A stretch of 39,630 nucleotides of DNA from a virus. Lineage: Duplodnaviria; Caudoviricetes. The DNA is taken from IMG/VR virus record IMGVR_UViG_3300032243_000123, positions 1 through 39,630 of that record. One strand, written 5' to 3'. The notes beneath the pieces were generated by a model that searched no databases, was not told where the DNA came from, and saw nothing but the letters and a program-made list of their open reading frames with translations. Below are positions 27,701 to 34,280 of the stretch, piece by piece. Position 1 is the first letter of the stretch. Each line of letters begins with the position of its first letter. The translations under genes and the position numbers were made by a program.

Positions 27701-29413
27701 ATCAATGCCTTTGAAGTAACTTATAGGAACAGCAAACCCACCATAACCAAACTCACCATGAATTGGGACTAGTCCATTTTTTGGATCCTTAGCCTTTTCA
27801 TGCAACGCTTGATCGGCTTTAACTTCTTCTGGCGTTCTTGCTGGCGTTACAAGAGCGGCAGGTTGAGCCACTTTAACAGGCGCAGATGGGCCACCTGTAG
27901 GAGTGATCGGAGCGGCTGGCACTTCTGGCTGGGTAACTTTAACTGGTGCAGCAGGGCCTGCAGTTGGAACTTGTTCCACTTGAGGGGCTGCTTCTGCGGG
28001 TTTACCCTCGATCTGCTGCTCAAGTTCAGCCAGCATGGCTTCGTAGTCTTGGCTTGTATCTGCCTCTGGGATAGTCTGTTGGACTAGGTCGGTGCTTGGT
28101 GCTTCGGCAGGCGCAACGGCAGGCGCAACGGCAGTTGGGGGTACAACCTGCACTCCATCAATGTCTACACTACCGTCTTGTCTTGTAACTTTTGTTCCAA
28201 TATTGCCGCCAACATCTACTTGCATAGTGCTAACAACTGGGCTGTTAGATGGAGGCGCAGGTGAAACGGCAGGTGGTTGATTGCCTGCCGGAGGAGTGCC
28301 AAGTATTTGTTGATTCTGTTGAACCAGTTGCTGGATGCCTTGTGGCTGTTGACCAGCCGCGCCAGCACCACCGCCTAGCAAGCCCATACCGAAACCAGTG
28401 ACGGCTCCCATACCCATGGCTTCTGGAACACCCTCCATCAAAGGACGATCTGTGGCGTAGTTCATCCACATCTTTTCCTGACCAGACTGTGGCATCTCTT
28501 GGAATACACCTTCAGAGATTCCTGAGCCAACAGCGCGGCGAGTAAAGTCAACAACTGACTTGGCTGGGCCTAATGAAGAGCCAGTTGCAAGCATGGTTTG
28601 TACGTCATCAAGGCCAAGCTTCTGAGCCAGACGACCGCCAGCTATACCAAACGCGGCAGTTCCAAGACCACTTCCAGCTGCAGCCAATGACTGTTCTGTT
28701 GTGAGTAACTTGTTTGCGTTCTGTGCGCGGATGTCTTCAGCTGCAGAACCTGCGCCCAAGATACCTTCGCCAAGACCACCAGCAATTGCACCGCCAACTG
28801 CAGGAGCAGCTTTTAATATTCCCCTAGCTATGCCAGCGCCACCAATCATTTGAGGCAGTGACTCGCCAATAGATGTGGCAATAGTGCTTGGGTTTTGTAA
28901 AGCGGCTTGGACTGTTGGAACAAATCCTTTGGCCTCGCTTACTTTACGATTGGCCGCTTGCTGTGCTTCAGACAAGTAGGTGTCTAAGATTGCACTAGCT
29001 TCTTTGGGCTTATAGCCGTTTTGTTCAAGGAATTTACCTAGCGCGCCTCGAGTTGGGATATCGGCCAAGCCAACAAATGACTCGGGCAGGCCAATAGCAC
29101 CTTTGAGAAGAGTAATACCAGCATCAACTGCGGTGCCGGAGACTGTGCGCTCTGGTGTTTCTTGGTTACGCTTTTCTAGTGCTGCCTTGTATGCTTGGGC
29201 ATCCATCACATTAGGAGCCATTGGAGCGGCTGGCTCGGCTGGGGCGGCCTGAGCTACGGGAGCTGGCTCTACAGGCGCAATAGATGGCAATCCAGCTTCA
29301 GGAGATTGCGTCTTGGAAGCTGTGTATTTGCCATAACGTGCCAGTAATTCTGTTTGTGTAGTACCTTCTGGGACACCAGTAATTGTGGTGCCATCTGGCA
29401 TTAAGACATCCAT
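15779..29413 (-). CDS. Giant DarB-like polyvalent virion protein (LPD1-like zincin, amino-MTase, strawberry-notch-type SF2 helicase, second zincin, LPD38-like C-terminus)
   Basis: FGNWV...GSLGHEWQHGLD (~25640); DPTGGNG (~24380) and TNPPF (~24200); GDDTGVGKG (~22600), DEAH (~22205), GRIHRTGQ (~20860); LAHEAIGH (~18880); TVNFNRKG...YAFFNASVQG (~16870); last gene of the ejection-protein block. Confidence 0.85.
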   Translation of the reverse strand: MDVLMPDGTTITGVPEGTTQTELLARYGKYTASKTQSPEAGLPSIAPVEPAPVAQAAPAEPAAPMAPNVMDAQAYKAALEKRNQETPERTVSGTAVDAGITLLKGAIGLPESFVGLADIPTRGALGKFLEQNGYKPKEASAILDTYLSEAQQAANRKVSEAKGFVPTVQAALQNPSTIATSIGESLPQMIGGAGIARGILKAAPAVGGAIAGGLGEGILGAGSAAEDIRAQNANKLLTTEQSLAAAGSGLGTAAFGIAGGRLAQKLGLDDVQTMLATGSSLGPAKSVVDFTRRAVGSGISEGVFQEMPQSGQEKMWMNYATDRPLMEGVPEAMGMGAVTGFGMGLLGGGAGAAGQQPQGIQQLVQQNQQILGTPPAGNQPPAVSPAPPSNSPVVSTMQVDVGGNIGTKVTRQDGSVDIDGVQVVPPTAVAPAVAPAEAPSTDLVQQTIPEADTSQDYEAMLAELEQQIEGKPAEAAPQVEQVPTAGPAAPVKVTQPEVPAAPITPTGGPSAPVKVAQPAALVTPARTPEEVKADQALHEKAKDPKNGLVPIHGEFGYGGFAVPISYFKGIDLNTKIPLFGGQTLETVIRRGGIGINEAVALAEGMKEAPRGVSQYVQKYPELFNIKPTAPTAGPAAPEKVAEPAAPEAPAEVTAGPTEPVKVEEAPAPESPVPTGFKYTLLESPAYEGLDPLSLEDADFELEALEDSANKGRMSPERFAQSEIGKRLGTAQIMKINEGLRTDPVGTIKALRNSLAPEQVAPAEEKPAEVTEKPAEVTEKPAEPAPVTGPAAPVKEPEKPTGGPAAPPKAPKPPKVEVSEEEKAKAEEEKAKAEEQKKKVEEFNKNPMKVAMEEGNADAVASLLYGNAVAEDLMPVIFPDEMLLRIPVYLSNVSDIEAALSKYKFRITDRSVQATTDDPSYTGPELITISALYKPEKVSIQGGGAEFVKNRKGLITAPPVPKDATDAQISKMLDAVSLDKLLDINSNPDNSFGTMLYKEGVLSVVMPASDYLLSAIKEKSGFRISDRMGSRQAIKFALTNGGETQVQQYLQSYVEALQDLQKVFDSHSRITELDTALREKYVKDENASGSAKYTIDGRELRDKLKSNNLTGLFNRLYQLFPADTQDSTDQTNRVVKKDAEVPPELGNIIRRGMRDHRQGRDVDTKDFVDTFGMFPGGIDFGNWVNQSERAAHLNAIYDAMYDLADVSGISPKMLGLGEKLKMAIGAQGRGGRTAAHYYPKLNEINLTKTKGDGSLGHEWQHGLDWNLQQEANGKKLMDGTVSVLKNTIDPETVENNLKAILRDTANSTDNRNLPPKKAFFAAITNRSYYEQAPIFRNSFKQTQYFRDARALDEKEGKTPAYWSSNVELLSRAFEAMLFDASKGGSPYLVGPTVADGYISKKNGYGGTAYPAGKERPLLNEVYKQMLEQIDPETLAVKTYKMETKIVFIEDLGYAVLDQYNLDSGSYGGLQWFKNEDDAKEAKAKRDGEERVLTPEMMQLSKVNQQIIDMAKRVDVIMEEMGLFKWPEIKNGSMAESMFYHMRQGWWPKNNRELAEYGIKAYLQNPELLGFNPAKDQREIERYKIADFEGDRVKLKQTQEDFEAAAVRFVSQVITDMRTEGSDTKAIYDHIVGLYQTQPTLDVQSVLSKTNNAYSTPLPIGYLAGMLAQVKSTTTVLDPTGGNGMLVVAANPQNVTTIELDPHRAKNMELMQIGNVIEGDALEKINDLRDQEVDVVLTNPPFGALSTPEQVPSWTGQNYKIGTLDQLIAAKSLRAMANNGRAVLILGAHPKAGTVTSTDRVFLNWLYGNYNVVDHYEIAGNLYRKQGASWPLRVLVIAGRNQTENAYPSDFNISRITTFDELWSRYVQTSDRSQQVVVGTGKKQPATGGANRPAGGVPTGGTLENGEPSGGVGAGEVAGVGEQLPATGRGAGTTAGGGRGTAGAAGAGEQQPDIGKNKRGGSNSGEAGSSERGADSGRGSENELGGLSDVDLDSIFDELGKPEKVKGGPRAPRGASKEAGAPRAPRTPTAKGPTVIPKELEGLGLEALLDELDVALNGKAPEVVKETTPEDSQARLDKQAEEAMGRIAQNTKNTSDDPNSGLYSRKGDQDYANVQPIIQKVWNAIGEKVSDASQRIKQVYALLVTKFGDAIKAHLRTFVDSLRAVVQRRPKNQTPVQAEPIDTESRVVYLGKSRFSSDGIYLPRAQSQHAYSALERLEAQVGSIDEFVANELGYPSVEKMAKGLAGYQIDGLALAIQANKLGKGFIIGDDTGVGKGRAAAAMIVWAKKNGKIPIFVTLSDSLYTAMYEDLSNIGHEDIKIGMTNNESMIQKNIGNGQTKVVFENKGKAGPDLMSYITKNGELPKGMDVLFTAYSQLNGGAGSPARQGAIASLVAAGKAVLIMDEAHNAAGIPTNPDSMGQNAFFMSLLTGINLLGKDKDAPEDWQPPPAVYLSATFAKRPDNMPLYIHTNLRYAANTPEELTALFGKGVKTDVLQQVSSEMLVESGSMLRRERSYEGVTMDFVTDEANAPRDIREVDKVTTILRALVNADRALKEWMKSAAIQEELIKTFGPPGSMLGKIGPTAFTEAKANMFTSVVHNYIGTLLLSTKTQTAVDMVVDKMNNNEKVVVGLQNTNGSALDDFVTKNGIKVGDEIPNFGWQTLLQRAIDSTRKVTLKSATGNKKDNIKIEVPYSMMPPSVRAGYDNLANMLKDFQSDLPVAPIDYMRTQLENKYVWIVDGKTQVGNDPPPGVKARHLVVKEITGRNTAVDYRGDTPKYMALNNPERVAMISSFQNGEDSQNGPIDVLIINSAGATGISLHASTEAFDQRPRHMVVLQPHGDISVFIQLLGRIHRTGQVEWPSFTMLATGIPAERRILAMLRKKLSSLKSNTSGGSSSTKVNGVDFINRYGDVATAEYLNEHADIREFLGQPLFNDPAEQAGTDLAHKASGTAGLLSSADQQEFFDSIEASYLAEIELRNSTGTNALERRVLPLNAEMIKENLIEEGLDSSNPFLTDVVMAQLNVDVIGSIPTQQNIEDDIAQALNGRTAQQVVEEIDTELNTIFVEVRNQIILKQGTLSAAIAAPEATEKDIEVLTKQKEALDLQFATLGERRERTLSELRNQYAIGTGFESFMLNNVPASAVVIGIKVDKTRIGKSKTGNPYSPSNFQVIFKRNIPEGRVAPTLATLEGPSIDQSSSWRNPPLDQWFALKSVTGGRTTRYVALGNILRAAQLFDKDGGEIAKFTLMNQTEPVSGVIMPAKYQPVAISAQPVRLRNPNAAVQYTLSAWQKIVQKKADDTGVQEYQAISDQLKPLLLPNLPDFQTFIDLQKSTYTNVVIRGTQNLWTLSLDSYRPTGFRLSVSGDAPKKFVTSIKDIPMAKKGGRYEMSGGSSISDPAKIVSLIKQLHKSYPATVEADFGQLAREVMKVEFDDSESKKGMFSRTVAKGGQSVEDVQSQIVPIKGITVNVVQSSDDLPDQCAPSDVEGVWYSGNTVYLVADNLPNAQRVQEVLAHEAIGHAALEAMLGKQLMGSLVKNVLTLEETSKLVKNIAAQVDRTQPGLSDERRAKEIVAVMAERGLYGGLVQRVIQAVRRWLRDAGFTIKFSDSDILALLKNAEKFAAAADSAPKLFGTPEPFYSKNYQGGAAPLAQWSSPDSTTMTDIEYQLADKFVDLKHVIREIEKGAGTIQENFDAYTKETLMHGRASEAIQDFLNKELLPVLKDMREKKVTLAELEEYLHNRHAEEYNIQVAKINLTMPDGGSGIFTDDANTYLNNLTQDQKDKFEALAKEVDAIVKRTQEVVVDGGLETQETVDVWNKTYQNYVPLKRADLDYVHTGSGIARGLQTKGAFNKRAMGSLKDVVDILSNIAVQREKAIVNAEAARVGRALYGLVIANPNPGFWMAVNPDAIKNKKKLEDELINLGLNPIDAQNLFQEPKTPSIDPKTGLVKYQVNPLMRQSDNVFAIRVNGKDRYVFFNGNDPRALRMAKTIKNLESEQLGTILGIVGSATRWMAAVNTQYNPVFGAWNFLRDVGSATINLTATPLAGKQAQVLLNTMPAMAAIYRELRATRKGKAVSSYWVDAYNRYRHAGGKTGFKDQFSKGQNKLTIVERELEKLDRGNARQMADSLFGWLSDYNDTMENAVRLAAFDIATKSVADGGLGLSEQEGAAIAKDLTVNFNRKGAASKWIQVLYAFFNASVQGGLKVGRTLAGPAGRKIMVGGVVIGIMQALAMAMAGFDDDDPPEFIKAKNFIFPTGDGTYKVFPMPLGYSIFPGIGRLITEYILAQNGAISSKKGASDVVVDIMSMTVEAFNPFGSGSLWQMAMPTVADPFAAIAVNKDAFGRPIYKEDRATNPTPGYMRSRESASAVGQFISEFLNYVSSPAGTKYTKGPNFLDYTADEIDYLIGQATGGVGREIMKAVQYAGAVVEGETAEVPTYKVPIVGKFLGETGSPAAISANFYDNVTRLAKHENEIKSLIKNKEPTAEYKSEHPEWRYYNRANYLENQISQINKQIKVAQERDRPEETIQKMKDRKTAMMKKFNEQVKVAQ
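23449..23823 (-). CDS. Probable nested (+1 frame) gene inside the giant protein, 124 aa
   Basis: GGAG-tagat-ATG; globular-looking acidic helical product; coincides with a Gly-rich linker in the host frame. Confidence 0.6.
   Translation of the reverse strand: MFKPVIVANKSWWVPEKNSQLLAVQIDQPEEYQQAVRWKMESLAEEWGLERSLASANNYLQQDGALELPPVGDEEQLVQLVLENSSRILEKINEGDPTVAKPAAQKEALIAVEDQKMNWEDFLT
26920..27965 (-). repeat. Pro/Ala/Glu-rich peptide repeats in the giant protein
   Basis: About six (A/G/T)GP(A/S/T)(A/E)PxK units; tandem EKPAEVT x2-3 and EEEKAKA x2. Confidence 0.7.
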
Positions 29414-29422
29414 GCCCGCCCC

Positions 29423-31024
29423 TTATTTTGGAAGTTGGTCGAATGGTACCGCGTTTGAAGACGAAGAACCACCCATCCATGACGGCAAACTCCAAGAAAA
29501 AGATTTTTTAGTTGGGGTAGGCGTAACTTCTCCTTGAACTTCTGCGGGAGGAGGTAGGCCAGCTTCTATGTAGTAAGGTTTGGCAACTTCATTAATTCGT
29601 TTAAGTGCATCATAGTACTCTTGAGTACCGGGCGTTATCATGCCTTGTTTAATGGCATCAGCAAGACCTTTGACCACTGGGTGAGCATTGACTGTAGTTT
29701 GAACTTTGAGTAGCTTTTTGTCATCTGCGGAAGGTTTTGTTTCTTCAGCAATGTCAGCCATCCTATTGTGATAGTCAAGCATACCCTTCTGATATGAAGC
29801 CGTATTAGCATTTGCCGCCCGTTGGGTTGCTGCAGTTTCTGTTGTATTAAATATGTGAGAAGCCAATGTGCCACGGTCATTTTGAACTTTGGCTGCATCA
29901 AACTTGAGTTTCTCAAAATCAGATTGGGCTTTTTCTCTAGCAGAAACAGCGGCATCAATAGCAGCTGCATTACCGCGGCGTTTGGCATCTTCTTCTTTAG
30001 CCAAGCTTTTGTGGAACTCAATAGCGGCAGTTTCTTGTTTGTCGCGCAAAAGATCTTGTTCTTTTTTAAGAGCTTGCGATGCTTCAGCGGATACAGAAGC
30101 TTGATAGCCAATACCACGGGCTGGATCAGCCTTAGCAAACGCGCTAGCTTGGGCTATCAAACGATCAATACCGCCCTGCTCATAAGCTTGCTGTTCACGC
30201 TTTTCTTTTGCTGCTTGGCGCTTGGTTACTTCTTCATATGGATTTTCTTGGACGCCGGCTAAACGCTGGCTTTCTTTAATACCCTCATAGGCTTGCGCTC
30301 TATTGATAGGCTCAGGAGCCGCCATGGTTAGCTCTGGGGCTGGAGGTAGTGAAGCAAGGATTGACTCATATGAGCCGGGCTTTGGCGCTGGGCGAGCAGG
30401 CGCGGCTACAGGAGCTGCCTGAGATTTTGCTAACTCTGCTGCAATTTGAGCATCATTTAAAACTTGTTTGTTTGGACGTTCTTGTGGGAATGAAACAAGT
30501 TGCTGTTCATCTGGGTTTAATTCTGGGCTGCCAAACGCAACAATGCCACCACCCGCGTAGCTGTTTTCATTGAAGTGGCTTACAGGCAAAGACATTAATC
30601 CACCCTCTGCAGCCATTACTGGTTGTCTTGCAGGAGAAGGTTGCTGTACAGGAGGAGCTTGAGTTAAGTCTGCGCCTTGCGGTAATTGAGTGATTCCTTG
30701 GCCAAATGGCGAGGCTGTAGGATTAACTGAGTTTGGTGCGGCAGCTGGGTTAACTGAGTAAGGATTAGCAGTTGGATTGATTCCAGTAGGAGCCGCCGTC
30801 AGTGATCCAGCAACTTGGTCTTTAATAGTCCCCTTACTGGAGTTTTGAAATGCCGCAGTTGAATCTTCGATTTGTTTGCGACGATTCATTTCAATCAAAG
30901 CAAGGAATGCTGGCACCTCTGGGTTTGAACCATTGGCGTACTTGATTAGGTCTTCGTTCTTAACCGTTAATGGGTCTTGAAGACTGCTCTGAACTTGGAT
31001 TAAGTTTGATGGTTCGATTGCCAT
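29423..31024 (-). CDS. Probable internal virion / DNA ejection protein
   Basis: Ala/Gln/Pro-rich with coiled coils and AxGG motifs; lies between the tail genes and the giant protein. Confidence 0.65.
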   Translation of the reverse strand: MAIEPSNLIQVQSSLQDPLTVKNEDLIKYANGSNPEVPAFLALIEMNRRKQIEDSTAAFQNSSKGTIKDQVAGSLTAAPTGINPTANPYSVNPAAAPNSVNPTASPFGQGITQLPQGADLTQAPPVQQPSPARQPVMAAEGGLMSLPVSHFNENSYAGGGIVAFGSPELNPDEQQLVSFPQERPNKQVLNDAQIAAELAKSQAAPVAAPARPAPKPGSYESILASLPPAPELTMAAPEPINRAQAYEGIKESQRLAGVQENPYEEVTKRQAAKEKREQQAYEQGGIDRLIAQASAFAKADPARGIGYQASVSAEASQALKKEQDLLRDKQETAAIEFHKSLAKEEDAKRRGNAAAIDAAVSAREKAQSDFEKLKFDAAKVQNDRGTLASHIFNTTETAATQRAANANTASYQKGMLDYHNRMADIAEETKPSADDKKLLKVQTTVNAHPVVKGLADAIKQGMITPGTQEYYDALKRINEVAKPYYIEAGLPPPAEVQGEVTPTPTKKSFSWSLPSWMGGSSSSNAVPFDQLPK

Positions 31025-31036
31025 GTTATTTCCTTA

Positions 31037-32242
31037 TTAAGGCGCATTGGGATCAAACTGAACATCTGGCACCGTTTGATTTGGATCATAAATAGGTGAT
31101 TCAGTAGAACCCATCGGCACAGCTTCTCCGCCAGCACCAACCGTGTATCTTGTTCCTGATTGATCAGTCATATAAGTTCCGTCTGAAGATAACGAATATC
31201 CTGAAGGAACTTGATTGGGATTAATTTGATTTTGGTTATTCAAAGTATCTGGATTAATACCAATGCTCTTCAATATGTTGTTAATAGCTGGAACATCTTT
31301 ACCAGCTGCTTTAAGGTTTTGAATAAGTTGAGCCGTGCCTGCAGTAGTACCAAGGGCATTTTGTAAGAAGCTTGGCTTGGCGTTGAACGTGCTTGCAGTA
31401 GATCCGCCAATACCTTTGATGAGGTTGGCTTGGTTTGCCAGCAAAGTGCCGGGGTAATTTCTTTGCTCGAGGTACTGGTTGTACAGAGCATTGAGGCCAG
31501 CTTGGTTTTGACCTTGCTGAGTATTTCCAGCAGTTCCCAAAGCTGTAAGATTTTGCAATCCATACTGAGCTTCGTTTGTACCGACGTTTCCTGCTGCTTG
31601 ATTTGCAGTAGTGGCTTGGGATAGACCTTTGAGGCCTACGTCTGTACCGTACTGGGCTTCCTGAATCTTGCGGGCTTGATCAGCATTGAACTGAGCCGTT
31701 GCTTTATCAAAAGCAGTGTTGTAGCCCTGACCGGTAATAGCGGCCAAATTAGTTCCTAGATTGCGCTGAGTCTCGGTGTCCATCAAAGCTTGTCTAGAGC
31801 CGCCATAAGCGCCAGCTTGTGTGGCCTTGGCGTTGTTTGCTAACTGAGTAATTTGAGCTTGACGGCGGGCTTCTTCCAGTTGTGGATTAAGTGATGCCTG
31901 CAGATATGGGTTCATGTACTGCTGGGCGGCGTTTGCATCAAATGCACTACCAACAGGGTTGTAACTTGTTCCAGCTGCTTGGTTACCAAGGTCTAAAAGA
32001 TTAGTTCCAGCCGTTGTCATGGTTGACGGCAGTGTCAGGTTTGACAATCCTTGCCACGCTTTATTCTGAAGCTCAGAAGTGCCGGCAGTTAATTGACCCG
32101 TGTATTGAGGAGCAGGATTATTAAGAAGCGCCTGACCCTTACCCAGTACGTCTTGAACGTAAGGTTGCGTAAAGGTGCTTGGTCCCGTTACCGTTGCCGA
32201 GCTGGGCGTATCGGTAAGTCCTGAAGATGATAGTAGTGCCAT
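31037..32242 (-). CDS. Probable DNA ejection/pilot protein
   Basis: Q/A/G/N-rich; QQYMNPY and AGAYGGSRQA motifs typical of podovirus ejection proteins. Confidence 0.7.
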   Translation of the reverse strand: MALLSSSGLTDTPSSATVTGPSTFTQPYVQDVLGKGQALLNNPAPQYTGQLTAGTSELQNKAWQGLSNLTLPSTMTTAGTNLLDLGNQAAGTSYNPVGSAFDANAAQQYMNPYLQASLNPQLEEARRQAQITQLANNAKATQAGAYGGSRQALMDTETQRNLGTNLAAITGQGYNTAFDKATAQFNADQARKIQEAQYGTDVGLKGLSQATTANQAAGNVGTNEAQYGLQNLTALGTAGNTQQGQNQAGLNALYNQYLEQRNYPGTLLANQANLIKGIGGSTASTFNAKPSFLQNALGTTAGTAQLIQNLKAAGKDVPAINNILKSIGINPDTLNNQNQINPNQVPSGYSLSSDGTYMTDQSGTRYTVGAGGEAVPMGSTESPIYDPNQTVPDVQFDPNAP

Positions 32243-32251
32243 GGTATTTCC

Positions 32252-34279
32252 TTACTTAGGAATGAATTTGTGTGGGTTAATTTGTTTGCCCTGCTTAGGA
32301 TTTCCCGTGCGGGCTCTGCGAACTTGATCCATCATCTTATATAAGACTTTAGCTCCAGCATCTGTTGAGCCGTTCCCAAGATGAGATACCACATCAGCAG
32401 GAACTACAAACTCACCGTCAGCCAATCTGGCCGGCTGTTTATTACTGATTGAGGCTGGGATATTGTCTGACATGCCATCTCCGGGGCCTTTGAGTAAACG
32501 ACCGCCGTCTGAGTAACCGCCCAAAGAAGATACGCCTCCCCCATGAGCTAAAGACATTAGACCACCGTGAGCAGCAGATACAAATCGTGGATCAAGCATG
32601 GCCTGACCTTGAGCCGCACCATCAATAGGAGCTTGAACTGGTCGAGCATTCCAGTTAAGAACTTGTTGCCTGTAAGCGGCCGCTTGTGCAGCTGGAGTGG
32701 AGTTCTCTTGAGCCAAAGCGCCCAAACCTAATGCAGCGCCGCCAAGCAAGGCCGCATTGCCCAAATTAAATCCTGAAGAAGGTGTCACGGGCGTTGAGGT
32801 TGGTGTGCTTGTCAATGATTTTGAAAGCTCTGCCAATGTTGGTTGTTGAGTTACAGGAATAATATCTGCCAATGGATCTGTTTGCTGGGCTGGCATATTT
32901 GATACGGAGTTGGGATCTATACCAATCGCATCCCAATAAGCCTGATCGCTAGCTGTTGTTTGAACGGGCGGAGTAGTAGGTGCTTGTGTTATTCCAGCCA
33001 ATGGATCAGTCTGTTGAGCTGGCATTTCAGATACGGAACTTGGATTAATACCAATAGACGCTAAAAAGTCTTCTTGGCTTGTCTTGAGGTCTGGCGTAAA
33101 TTCCGTATCAACTATGGGAACTTCATTTGGTTTGACTGGTATTGCTCTTTGTTCAGATGGTGTTTCTGTTTTAACTTCTGGCTCTTTCATTAAAGCCTGC
33201 TGTAACCCAGCCACAGATTCATTGTCAGGAGCTAGCCATGCATTGGTCGTAGGATCGTAAAAAGATCCAGCGGGCTTATCCTCGGCTTCTTTAGTAGAAA
33301 GCAATCGATAACCAAATGGGGGCTTGTATTCTTTTGCCGCAGGACTCTCGGCATAGATTGGTGCGCCAGATACATCTACTCTATTAAGAGATGCGGCATC
33401 TAATGGACCAGCAACTTGTACGCCTTTTGGCAATACTTGATCCGCCAAATCAGCCGTAGTTGTAGGCGCCGTGGTTGGCATTGTTCCAGCAAAGGTTGGA
33501 TCAAATATGCTCTCAGCTTTACCTGTATCGCCAGCTTTTAAACCAGATGCGCTGGCTTCCTTGTATTGGGATTTTGCTTCACCAATACCCGCATTAATTG
33601 CGGCGTTTACCAAAGCTTGAGATGGGTCACCGCCCATCAAAGTGGATGCGACAACAGAATTAATCGCCGCCTTTTGACCGGGAGACAAATTTTCAAAGCC
33701 GGGTATTTGATCTGTAATAGCAGCTGTTCCAGCCGATATGCCAGAGTTTGTTAGGGCTGTTAAAGGGTCTTGACCACGAATAACACCTGCAGCTGTGCCA
33801 CCAGCAATCTTGCCGGCTATGTTTCCAGTCACATCGCCAGCCGTCCCCATGCCAGACTCTTGGGCAGCCAGCATATTGCTTTGCTGGGACCCTACGTCTG
33901 TGCCATATGTGTTGGCTGCAGCCGTGCTATCTACGGCAGAGTTAACGTAATTGCTAACGCCTTGGGCTACGCCTTGGGCTACATAAGTGGTGGCAGCAGA
34001 CTTTAGGCCGTCTTCAATGCTTCCACCGTGAGCAATTGTGTCAGCTGCAGAAACAAGAGGGAGGAACTCAGGAGCAACAATTGCAGTAGTTATTTTTGCA
34101 ACTGCACCTATTGGATCAGCTTCAACTGCTTTAATGGTGTTATCTACGGCCTTTACTACAGGCTCAACAACTTGCGTAACAACAGCATTTCCAACATCGG
34201 AGACAACATCTCCTACGGAAGAGACTACGTCACTTACCGCATCGCCAACACTGGAAACTGCATCTGCTACTGCACCCAT
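32252..34279 (-). CDS. Probable ejection protein with amphipathic Met-Gly N-terminus and C-terminal GPGDGMSD..IPA..LADGEFV domain
   Basis: MGAVADAVSSVGDAVSDVVSSVGDVVSDVG; Gly/Ala hydrophobic stretches; C-terminal motif also seen in tape-measure-type proteins. Confidence 0.7.
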   Translation of the reverse strand: MGAVADAVSSVGDAVSDVVSSVGDVVSDVGNAVVTQVVEPVVKAVDNTIKAVEADPIGAVAKITTAIVAPEFLPLVSAADTIAHGGSIEDGLKSAATTYVAQGVAQGVSNYVNSAVDSTAAANTYGTDVGSQQSNMLAAQESGMGTAGDVTGNIAGKIAGGTAAGVIRGQDPLTALTNSGISAGTAAITDQIPGFENLSPGQKAAINSVVASTLMGGDPSQALVNAAINAGIGEAKSQYKEASASGLKAGDTGKAESIFDPTFAGTMPTTAPTTTADLADQVLPKGVQVAGPLDAASLNRVDVSGAPIYAESPAAKEYKPPFGYRLLSTKEAEDKPAGSFYDPTTNAWLAPDNESVAGLQQALMKEPEVKTETPSEQRAIPVKPNEVPIVDTEFTPDLKTSQEDFLASIGINPSSVSEMPAQQTDPLAGITQAPTTPPVQTTASDQAYWDAIGIDPNSVSNMPAQQTDPLADIIPVTQQPTLAELSKSLTSTPTSTPVTPSSGFNLGNAALLGGAALGLGALAQENSTPAAQAAAYRQQVLNWNARPVQAPIDGAAQGQAMLDPRFVSAAHGGLMSLAHGGGVSSLGGYSDGGRLLKGPGDGMSDNIPASISNKQPARLADGEFVVPADVVSHLGNGSTDAGAKVLYKMMDQVRRARTGNPKQGKQINPHKFIPK
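32861..33060 (-). repeat. Internal duplication of about 23 codons
   Basis: IGINPSSVSEMPAQQTDPLAGI versus IGIDPNSVSNMPAQQTDPLADI, about 129 nt apart. Confidence 0.8.
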
Positions 34280-34280
34280 A

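Noticed and set aside
29638-30138. 166-aa alternative-frame ORF in the 533-aa gene
   Set aside because: Leu/Lys/Met-rich pattern expected from reading an Ala/Glu/Asp-rich coiled-coil gene in +1; no RBS
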